Positions 53,151 through 64,000 of a stretch of 64,000 nucleotides of DNA are shown here, piece after piece. Position numbers and translations under genes: made by a program. The notes below the pieces were generated by a model. The model searched no databases, was not told where the DNA came from, and worked only from the letters and a program-made list of their open reading frames with translations. Source of the DNA: Eledone cirrhosa (taxonomy: Eukaryota); contig OZ024744.1 in NCBI GenBank assembly GCA_964016885.1, positions 104,594,001 through 104,658,000 of the forward strand, given 5' to 3'. The stretch's first letter is position 1, and every line of letters begins with the position of its first letter.

Positions 53151-53859
53151 TATGCTGAATTCCTTATTATAGACATTGTACCCTTTATATATTTCTACCG
53201 CATTATACTGGCTTTTTGGAACTTATTGATCCTTTATTACACACATTATATTATTTATTATATTTATTTATGTGGTGGATTGGCAGTATTGGTAGAGGGT
53301 CGGACGCCATGCTTTGCAACATAGAGTTACGGCCCTTTATGATCTGAGTTCAAATCCCGCCGAGGTTAACTTTGCCTTTCATCCTTACGGAGTCGATAAA
53401 ATAAAGTACCAGTAATGCACCGGGTAATTGTGCCAAAAGTAGAAACAATTATATTTATTTATGTTCATATCCAAGGCTTCAAGACCCAATATTGACCACA
53501 TCTCTAGAGTGTAAAAGGGATCAAAATTGTGACCCATCTTCAGGTACTTATACAAGTTTGGGTCAACATTTTGATCCTTCTTACAATCTGGTGATGTGGT
53601 CAATATTGAGCCTTGAAACCTTGAGTAGCTCTTTTGTTCAGTGCATGAACATCAATAAATAATATAATATTTCTGCTCTCTTCTACACAAAAACAAGATG
53701 GTGTAGAACAGAACAAAGGAGAGACACAAAATAAGAAATCAGTCACTGAGGCGGTCACAGAATGTGTGACAAAAGATCTTTGACAATATATAAACAACCA
53801 TCCGATTATTGAACCAACTAACTGGAAATTTATAATAAATTGAAGTGAAAACCAACAGG

Positions 53860-54600
53860 TGCGTGTTGGTCATGAAAGTTGCTGAAAGGGTTACAACTCA
53901 ACTAATTAGTGACAAAATATAATTAAATGAGATGCAGTTTAGATTTATGCCAGGTAGAGGTACTACTGATGCCATTTTCTACAAAAGTACTTAGCTACTG
54001 TATCTGACATTTGTAGAACTGCAGAAGGCCTTTGACAGGGTCACACACACTGTAATCTGGTGGGCACTTAGGAAGGTAGGTGTAGATGAATGACTTGTGA
54101 GGGCTGTGCAACCAGCAATGTGAGAGTTGGCAATGAATACAGAGTTGAGTTTGGAATGCATGTGGGTGTCCTCCAGGGCTCCGTCCTCAGTCCACACCTG
54201 TTTACCATTGTCCTGGATATCACTGAGGAGTTTAAAACTGGTGCTCCATGGGGGCTCATAGGTGAATTCATAAGAGAGTTACAAGCAAAATTTCAAGATC
54301 TTAGAGTTGAAAGGCCTAAAAATCAACTTAGCAAAGATGAAAGTGTTGATAAATGGCCAAGAAGACCAGAGGCTGATACCATTAGGGAAATGGCCTTGTT
54401 TGATATGTCAGAAAGAGGTGAACAGTAATTCCATAAGTTGCACACAGTGGACACACAAGAGATGTAGTGGGGTTGCAGGTAAGTTATCAGAAAGATAAGA
54501 CTTTAAATGTGGCAGATGCACAGAAGTAAGCACTAAGAGCACACATGAAATTGATTCCTTCAGTTACCAGGGAAGCTCCTTAGAAGTTGTTGACAAATTA
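53860..54600 (+). mobile_element. Degenerate RTE RT fragment
   Basis: QFRFMPGRGTTDAIF, GVLQGSVLSPHLF, GKWPCLIC. Confidence 0.85.
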
Positions 54601-55138
54601 TAACTGGTATGGCCAACATATTTATACCTATTATTTTATTTTTAACATTGAGTTCAGTTTTTACTATTAGTCTTATTAGTTGATAAAGTTGGTGAATTGG
54701 CTGAGTCATTAGAATGTCAGTGTTAATAAGTATTTGTCCAGTTCTCTGCTGAGATCAACTTTACCTTTCATCCATTTGAGGTTGATAAAAAGAAGTACCA
54801 GTCTAGTACTAGGACCAATTCTTCCTCTATCTAACTTTCTATCTTTCTCTAGAAGAAATCTGCTGAGTTCAGACCTGGAGAGGAGATGGGTTCCACCAAG
54901 TTTTAAAAATTCCCAATAAACACCTTATGTCAATACAGTGCCCCTACAACACCATAAGGAGTTACAGGACCATAGTATAATAAGCAGCTGTTCCTTTAAG
55001 CTATACACCCCTTTCCAGCATCTTTATTTTTCTGGTAACACGTTGCTTTTCAGATAAATAGCCAACCAGTTGTACATTATCAAAGAGATAGTTTTATATA
55101 TTGATGGTAGACATGTTATAATATTGTATTTTGTTTAA

Positions 55139-55359
55139 ACCTTTAGCATTTAAACCGGCCATATCTGGCCAGAGTTCTCTGACCTCTTTCTGTTCAAACC
55201 AGCCATAACTGGCCATTCATACTTATGTTACGGTATTGTTCTCAAAATAAATAATATCAAAATCTCGTAGATTCGATATTATGTGAGATAATTATGTGGA
55301 ATAAAGTGTCTACTGTGAAAATACAATAGTAAATATAGAGTAATGTAAATGGTAAAGGA
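55139..55359 (+). mobile_element. piggyBac-like TTAA MITE
   Basis: Same family as 10894-11114, TTAA on both sides. Confidence 0.85.
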
Positions 55360-55626
55360 TTAAGAGGATTAGAGTAGATTTTTTTCCCCTCCAACAGACA
55401 ATCAGCATTGTTGATTCAGGTTTACATAGCATTACATTAAATGTTGTAGCCATGTATCCATGGCTACTGGTCTGGTATCTCCACCAGAAGTTGGAGGCCA
55501 TCTTTATTCCTGGTGTTTTCCAGTTCATAACAGTTCTCACGTGTCAGTGATTTCCTCACTGGTCATGGTGGGGCTTTGTTTGTGCTGTTAGCATTCTCCC
55601 TTGACCCCTCATCCCTCATTAGCTAC

Positions 55627-58492
55627 TGTATTGTTGTAATAATGAGGCTATATTTCTATTGTACCTGTGTATTGTTGTAATAATGAAGCTATATTTCTAT
55701 TGTACCTGTGTATTGTTGTGATGATGAAGCTATATTTCTATTGTACCTGTGTATTGTGTGTTGTAATAATGAGGCTATATTTCTATTGTACCTGTGTATT
55801 GTTTGTTGTAATAATGAAGCTATATTTCTATTGTACCTGTGTATTGTTGTAATAATGAAGCTATATTTCTATTGTACCTGTGTATTGTGTGTTGTAATAA
55901 TGAAGCTATATTTCTATTGTACCTGTGTATTGTTGTGATGATGAAGCTATATTTCTATTGTACCTGTGTATTGTTTGTTGTAATAATGAAGCTATATTTC
56001 TATTGTACCTGTGTATTGTGTGTTGTAATAATGAAGCTATATTTCTATTGTACCTGTGTATTGTTTGTTGTAATAATGAAGCTATATTTCTATTGTACCT
56101 GTGTATTGTTGTGATGATGAAGCTATATTTCTATTGTACCTGTGTATTGTTGTAATAATGAAGCTATATTTCTATTGTACATGTGTATTGTGTGTTGTAA
56201 TAATGAAGCTATATTTCTATTGTACCTGTGTATTGTTTGTTGTAATAATGAGACTATATTTCTATTGTACCTGTGTATTGTTGTAATAATGAAGCTATAT
56301 TTCTATTGTACCTGTGTATTGTTGTAATAATGAAGCTATATTTCTATTGTACCTGTGTATTGTTGTAATAATGAAGCTATATTTCTATTGTACCTGTGTA
56401 TTGTTTGTTGTAATAATGAAGCTATATTTCTATTGTACCTGTGTATTGTTGTAATAATGAGGCTATATTTCTATTGTACCTGTGTATTGTTTGTTGTGAT
56501 AATGAGGCTATATTTCTATTGTACCAGTGTATTGTTTGTTGTAATAATGAGGCTATATTTCTATTGTACCTGTGTATTGTTTGTTGTAATAATGAGGCTA
56601 TATTTCTATTGTACCTGTGTATTGTTGTAATAATGAAGCTATATTTCTATTGTACCTGTGTATTGTTTGTTGTAATAATGAAGCTATATTTCTATTGTAC
56701 CTGTGTATTGTTTGTTGTAATAATGAGGCTATATTTCTATTGTACCTGTGTATTGTTTGTTGTGATAATGAGGCTATATTTCTATTGTACCTGTGTATTG
56801 TAATAATGAAGCTATATTTCTATTGTACCTGTGTATTGTTTGTTGTAATAATGAAGCTATATTTCTATTGTACCTGTGTATTGTTTGTTGTAATAATGAA
56901 GCTATATTTCTATTGTACCTGTGTATTGTTTGTTGTAATAATGAGGCTATATTTCTATTGTACCTGTGTATTGTTTGTTGTAATAATGAGGCTATATTTC
57001 TATTGTAACTGTGTATTGTTGTAATAATGAGGCAATATTTCTATTGTACCTGTGTATTGTTGTAATAATGAGGCTATATTTCTATTGTACCTGTGTATTG
57101 TTGTGATAATGAGGCTATATTTCTATTGTACCTGTGTATTGTTGTAATAATGAGGCTATATTTCTATTGTACCTGTGTATTGTTGTAATAATGAGGCAAT
57201 ATTTCTATTGTACCTGTGTATTGTTTGTTGTAATAATGAGGCTATATTTCTATTGTACCTGTGTATTGTTGTAATAATGAGGCTATATTTCTATTGTACC
57301 TGTGTATTGTTTGTTGTAATAATGAGGCTATATTTCTATTGTACCTGTGTATTGTGTGTTGTAATAATGAAGCTATATTTCTATTGTACCTGTGTAGTTT
57401 GTTGTAATAATGAAGCTATATTTCTATTGTACCTGTGTATTGTTTGTTGTAATAATGAAGCTATATTTCTATTGTACCTGTGTATTGTTTGTTGTAATAA
57501 TGAAGCTATATTTCTATTGTACCTGTGTATTGTTGTAATAATGAAGCTATATTTCTATTGTACCTGTGTATTGTTTGTTGTGATGATGAAGCTATATTTC
57601 TATTGTACCTGTGTATTGTTGTAATAATGAGGCTATATTTCTATTGTACCTGTGTATTGTTTGTTGTAATAATGAAGCTATATTTCTATTGTACCTGTGT
57701 ATTGTTTGTTGTAATAATGAGGCTATATTTCTATTGTACCTGTGTATTGTTTGTTGTGATGATGAAGCTATATTTCTATTGTACCTGTGTATTGTTTGTT
57801 GTGATAATGAGGCTATATTTCTATTGTACCTGTGTATTGTTTGTTGTGATAATGAGGCTATATTTCTATTGTACCTGTGTATTGTTTGTTGTAATAATGA
57901 AGCTATATTTCTATTGTACCTGTGTATTGTTTGTTGTGATGATGAAGCTATATTTCTATTGTACCTGTGTATTGTTTGTTGTAATAATGAAGCTATATTT
58001 CTATTGTACCTGTGTATTGTGTGTTGTAATAATGAAGCTATATTTCTATTGTACCTGTGTATTGTTTGTTGTAATAATGAAGCTATATTTCTATTGTACC
58101 TGTGTATTGTTTGTTGTAATAATGAGGCTATATTTCTATTGTACCTGTGTATTGTTTGTTGTGATGATGAAGCTATATTTCTATTGTACCTGTGTATTGT
58201 TTGTTGTGATAATGAGGCTATATTTCTATTGTACCTGTGTATTGTTTGTTGTGATAATGAGGCTATATTTCTATTGTACCTGTGTATTGTTTGTTGTAAT
58301 AATGAAGCTATATTTCTATTGTACCTGTGTATTGTTTGTTGTGATGATGAAGCTATATTTCTATTGTACCTGTGTATTGTTGTAATAATGAGGCTATATT
58401 TCTATTGTACCTGTGTATTGTTGTAATAATGAGGCTATATTTCTATTGTACCTGTGTATTGTTTGTTGTGATGATGAAGCTATATTTCTATT
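55627..58492. repeat. 45/41-bp minisatellite
   Basis: Unit tattgt(ttgt)tgtaataatgaagctatatttctattgtacctgtg, with a 4-bp indel variant. Confidence 0.96.
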
Positions 58493-58773
58493 CACCCCAA
58501 CCCACACCCCCTACTCCATCCTCCCACTTCCAGCCACTGTAAAGTGGCTGTGTAGGAGACACGACAAAAAACACACAGTCCACACTGTAAAGTGGTCATG
58601 TAAGAGCCACTGTAAAGAAGGCTCTCAGTTCTGTAAATGTGGGTGGTATTAGGAAGGGCATCCAGCTGTAGAAAACCTGCCAGATATGAGCGAGACACGG
58701 TCACCCGACCAACCTTGCCTCAAGTGGGACAAAACCGTCCAACTCATGCTAGCATGGAAGATAGACGTTAAAC

Positions 58774-58813
<40 letters not shown>
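58493..58813 (+). mobile_element. RTE 3'-UTR fragment with long (gat)n tail
   Basis: Directly abuts the array end; aggaagggcatccagctg core. Confidence 0.8.
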
Positions 58814-58816
<3 letters not shown>

Positions 58817-59029
58817 ATAATGTCCTCTCATAGGACTGATCTTAATGACTGGTTTAGTCACGATAGCAGACAACATTCAATGGTCTTAGGTATCATGATG
58901 TTGTTTCTCTCTTTTCAATTTATATCCAATACCTTTCACATTATCTCAGCTGTTCCAAGTAAACAAGGTTTCTGTAACATTTCTAAGGTAAAGATTCAAT
59001 GTTTAGTTTTTCCATCAATTCATCAAAAT

Positions 59030-59600
59030 TCTTTGTGATCGTCCCTAAGGCACCAATAACCATTGTTATCACTTCATACTTCAGGTGGCCGTAATCTGTG
59101 TACGTTTATTCTTCTTTTCCTCCTATGTGAGTATCAAATAGACAAGGCAGGATCTATCAACCGACACGTTTTCTTTTTCTTTTCAATTGCGATGATGTAT
59201 AGTCTATTATGATCTGTTTATTAGTTTCTATGGTTCAATCCCATAAAATCTAGCAGTCTTCCGGCTCCAATACTTACTCCGTTTGGTGCATCAACCATTT
59301 GTCAGTTCCCCACTTCTCGCACAGTTTCCAATGGATTACTTTGGCCACATTATCATACCCTACTTTCTTATATTCATTTTGAGCAAATATCCGACACTCT
59401 GATACAATGTGTGCCACTGTTTTAACTGCACCACCACAAAATAGACAAATAGGAGATACATCATCTCCATACAATGCTTTTCTGATATTATTTGTACAAA
59501 CTGCTTTATCTTGAGATGCAATTATTGTGCACTCTCTTTCCTTTGTCAAATACCACTTCTTTAGTTGATACCATTCCTCTCACTTCCTGTTGGTTTATGA
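59030..59600 (-). mobile_element. R4/Dong-clade retrotransposon CCHC/endonuclease remnant
   Basis: IIASQD...CLFCGGAVKTVAHIVSEC...EYKK..DNVAKVIHWKLC. Confidence 0.85.
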
Positions 59601-59604
59601 CCAG

Positions 59605-62600
59605 CTAGTATAGTGTCTAGCCCTTATTCTGCAAGTACAGTATGTAATCTTTTTGTGCCACTGTAGTATCTAGCCCTTGTTCTACCACTATAGTATCTAG
59701 CCCTTGTTCTACCACTATAGTATCTAGCCCTTGTTCTGCCACTATAGTATCTAGCCCTTGTTCAGCCACTATAGTATCTATCCATTGTTCTGCCACTATA
59801 GTATCTAGCCATTGTTCTGCCAGTATAGTATCTACCCTTTGTTCTGCCACTATAGGATCTAGCCCTTGTTCTGCCACTATAGTATCTAGCCATTGTTCTG
59901 CCAGTATAGTATCTACCCTTTGTTCTGCCACTATAGGATCTAGCCCTTGTTCTGCCACTATAGTATCTAGCCCTTGTTCTGCCACTATAGTATCTAGCCC
60001 TTGTTCTGCCACTATAGTATCTAGCCATTGTTCTGCCAGTATAGTATCTACCCTTTGTTCTGCCACTATAGTATCTAGCCCTTGTTCTGCCACTATAGTA
60101 TCTAGCCCTTGTTCTGCCACTATAGTATCTAGCCATTGTTCGGCCACTATAGTATCTACCCCTTGTTCTTGTTCTGCCACTATAGTATGTAGCCCTTGTT
60201 CTGCCAGTATAGTATCTAGCCCTTCTTGTGCCACTATAGTATCTAGCCCTTGTTCAGCCACTATAGTATCTACCCATTGTTCTGTCACTATAGTATCTAG
60301 CTCTTTTCTGCCAATATAGTATATACCCCTTGTTCTGTCAGTATAGTATCTAGCCCTTGTTCTGCCACTATATTATCTAGTCCTTGTTCTGCAACTATAA
60401 GTATCTAGCCCTTGTTCTGCCACTATAGTATCTAGCCCTTGTTCTGCCACTATAGTATCTAGCCCTTGTTCTGCCACCATAGCACCTAGCCCATGTTCTG
60501 CCAGTATAGTATCTAGCCCTTGTTCTGTCACTATAGTATCTAGCCTTTGTTCTGTCAGTGTAGTTTCTAGACCTTGTTCTGCTACTATAGTATCTAGCCT
60601 TGTTCTGCCAGTATAGTATCTAGCCCTTGTTTTCCAACTATAGCATCTAGCCCTTGTTCTGCCACTATAGTGTCTAGCGCATGCTCTGTCAGTATAGTAT
60701 CTACTCCTTGTTCTGAAATATAGTATCTAACACTTGATCTGCCACTATAGTATCTAGCCCTTGTTCTGTCACTATAGTATCTAGCCCTTGTTCTGCCAGT
60801 ATAGTAGCAAGCAATTCTTCTACCACTATAGTATCTAGGCCTTGTTCTGTCAGTATAGTATCTAGCCCTTGTTCTACCACTATTGTATCTAGCCCTTGAT
60901 CTGCCACTATAGTATCTAGCCTTTCTTCTGTCAGTATAGTATCTAGACCTTGTTGGCCACTATAGTATCTACATCTTGTTTTACCACTATAGTACCTAGC
61001 CCTTGTTCTCCCACTATAGTATCTATCCCTTGTTCTGTCAGTGTAGTTTCTAGACCTTGTTCTGGCACTATAGTATCTAGACATTGTCCTGCCACTATAG
61101 TATCTAGCGCTTGTTCTGCCAGTATAGTATCTAGCCCTTGTTTTCCCACTATTGTATCTAACTCCTGTTCTGCCACTATAGTATCTAGCCTTTGTTCTGC
61201 CACTATAGTATCTAGCCCCTGTTCTGCCACTATAGTATATACCCCTTGTTCTGCCCCAATAGTATCCACCCCTTGTTCTGCTGCTATAGTATCTAGCACT
61301 TGTTCTGTCAGTATAGTAGCTAGCCCTTGTTCTGCCACTATAGTATCTAGCCCTTGTTCTGCCACTATATTGTCTAGACCTTGTTCTGCCACTATAGTAT
61401 CTAGCCTTTGTTGTGCCACTATAGTATCTAGCCCTTGTTCTGCCAGTATAGTATCTAGCCCTTGTTCTGCCACTATAGTATCTAGCCCTTGATCTGTCAG
61501 TGTAGTTTCTAGAGCTTGTTCTGCCAGTATAGTATCTAGCCCTTGTCCTGCCACTATAGTATCTAGCCCTTGTTCTGCTAGTATAGTATCTAGCCCTTGT
61601 TCTGCCACTATAGTATCTAGCCTTTGTTCTGCCACTATAGTATCTAGCCCTTGTTCTGCCAGTATAGTATCTAGCCCTTGTCCTGCCACTATAGTATCTA
61701 GCACTTGTTCTGCTAGTATAGTATCTAGCCCTTGTTCTGCCACTATAGTATCTAGCCTTTGTTCTGCCACTATAGTATCTAGCCCTTGTTCTGCCACTAT
61801 AGTATCTAGCCTTTGTTGTGCCTCTATAGTATCTAGCCCTTGTTCTGCCAGTATAGTATCTAGCCCTTGTTCTGCCAGTATAGTATCTAGTCCTTGTCCT
61901 GCCACTATAGTATCTAGCCCTTGTTCTGTGAGTATAGTATCTAGACCTTGTTCTGCCACTATAGTATCTAGCCTTTGTTCTGCCACTATAGTATCTAGCC
62001 CTTGTTCTGCCAGTATAGTATCTAGCCCTTGTCCTGCCACTATAGTATCTAGCCCTTGTTCTGCTAGTATAGTATCTAGCCCTTGTTCTGCCACTATAGT
62101 ATCTAGCCTTTGTTCTGCCACTATAGTATCTAGCCCTTGTTCTGCCATTATAGTATCTAGCCCTTGTTCTGCCACTATAGTATCTAGCCCTTGTTCTGCC
62201 AGTATAGTATCTAGCCCTTGTCCTGCCACTATAGTATTTAGCCCTTGTTCTTCTAGTATAGTATCTAGCCCTTGTTCTGCCACTATAGTATCTAGCCTTT
62301 GTTCTGCCACTATAGTATCTAGCCCTTGTTCGGCCACTATAGTATCTAGCCCTTGTTCTGACACTATATTGTCTAGCCCTTGTCCTGCCACTATAGTATC
62401 TAGCCCTTGTTCTGCCACAATAGTATCTAGCCTTTGTTCTGCGACAATAGTATCTTGCCCTTCTTCTGCCACTATAGTAGCTGGCCTTATTCTGCCACTA
62501 TAGTATCTAGCCCTTGTTCTGCCACTGTAGTGTCTAGCCCTTGTTCTGCCACTATATTATCTAAGCCTTGTTCTACAAGTATAGTATATACCCCTTGTTC

Positions 62601-64000
62601 TGTCAGTATAGTATCTAGCCCTTGTTCTGCCACAATAGTATCTAGCCTTTGTTCTGCGACAATAGTATCTTGCCCTTCTTCTGCCACTATAGTAGCTGGC
62701 CTTATTCTGCCACTATAGTATCTAGCCTTTGTTGTGCCACTATAGTATCTAGTCCTTGTTCTGCCACTATAGTATCTAGTCCTTGTTCTGCCAGTATAGT
62801 ATCTAACCCTTGTTTTCCCACTATAGTGTCTAGCGCATGCTCTGTCAGTATATTGTCTACCCCTTGTTCTGCAATATAGTATCTAACACTTGATCTGCCA
62901 CTATAGTATCAGGCCCTTGTTCTGTCACTATAGTATCTAGCCCTTGTTCTGCCAGTATAGTAGGTAGCAATTGTTCTACCACTATATTATCTAGCCTATG
63001 TTCTGCCACTATAATATCTAGCCCTTGTTCAGCTCCTAAAGTATCTAGCCCTAGTTCTGCCACTACAGTATCTAGCCCTTTTTCTGTCACTATAGTATCT
63101 AGCCATGGTTCTCTGAGTGTAGTTTCTAGACCTTCATTCTGCCACTATAGTATCTACCCCTTGTTCTGCCACTATAGTATCTACCTCTTGTTCTGCCACT
63201 ATATTGTCTAGCCCTTGTTCTGCCACTATGTTGTCTGGCCCTTGTTCTGCCACTATAGTATCTAGCCCTTGTTCTGCCACTATAGTATCTACCCCTTGTT
63301 CTGCCACTATTGTATCTAGCCCTTGTTCTGCCACTATAGTATCTAGCCTTTGTTCTGTCAGTATAGTAGCTAGCCCTTGTTCGGGCAGTATAGTATCTAG
63401 CCCTTGTTCTGCCACTATAGTATCTAGCGCATTCTCTGCCAGTATAGTATCTAGCCTTTGTTCTGCCACAATAGTATCTAGCCCTTGTTCTACCACTATA
63501 GTATCTAGCCCTTGTTCTGCCACTATAGTATCTACCCCTTGTTCTACCACTATAGCAACTAGCTCTTGTTCTCAGACTATAGTATCTAGCCTTTGTTCTG
63601 TCAGTGTAGTTTCTAGCCCTTGTTCTGCCAGTATAGTAGCTAGCCCTTGTTTTACCTCTATAGTATCTAGCCTTGTTCTGCCAGTATAATATCTAACCCT
63701 TGTTCAGCCAATATAGTATCTAGCCTTTGTTTTGCCACTATAGTATCTACCCCTTGTTCTGCCACAATAGTATCTAGTCCTTGTTCTGCCACAATAGTAT
63801 CTAGTCCTTGTTCTGCCAGTATAGTATCTACCGCTTGTTCTCCCACTATAGTATGTAGCCCTTGTTCTGCCACTATAGTATCTACCCCTTGTTCTGACAG
63901 TATAGTATCTAGCCCTTGTTCTGCCACTATAGTATCTAACCCTTGTACTGCCACTATAATATCTAGCTCTTGTTCTGCCACTATAGTATCTAGCCCATGT
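59605..64000. repeat. Diverged 27-bp minisatellite (runs off the window end)
   Basis: Unit tatctagcccttgttctgccactatag. It accounts for the EQGLDTIVA-repeat ORFs. Confidence 0.96.

Noticed and set aside
59617-63981. EQGLDTIVA repeat ORFs up to 509 aa
   Set aside because: Minisatellite translation broken by stops and indels, open on both strands.
1-64000. CRISPR-like arrays
   Set aside because: All arrays are head-to-tail units without unique spacers, the context is eukaryotic, and no cas genes are seen.
1-64000. Many array periods are multiples of 3 (27, 27, 45, 48, 51, 123, 147)
   Set aside because: Others are not (29, 40, 41, 82, 95); the sample is small and frameshifting variants are tolerated, so there is no evidence of coding constraint.

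Overview
AT-rich, repeat-saturated animal genomic DNA. The repeat repertoire suggests a coleoid cephalopod such as octopus, which is my inference. The only host gene I can support is the 3' end of a minus-strand NECAP (adaptin ear-binding coat-associated protein): a 377-bp exon at 40739-41115 and a last coding exon at 34935-34971 ending in the WVQF motif. Most of the rest is decayed transposons (RTE, R4/Dong, CRE, CR1, L1/Tx1 and Penelope-like retroelements, Meta-domain SINEs, a hAT with 8-bp TSD, TTAA and TA MITEs, a Helitron-like relic) and about 12 minisatellite arrays, which explain nearly all long ORFs in the track. Two things stand out. First, at least eight hammerhead-ribozyme-like motifs with short, mostly palindromic helix III occur, often inside inverted repeats and beside (TA)n tracts, with a Penelope GIY-YIG remnant nearby. 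Second, a 1.7-kb near-perfect foldback element (17047-18742) carries in each arm a captured first exon of RMND5/GID2 fused to an L1/Tx1 3' end. All homology calls are from recognising motifs by eye; no searches were run.
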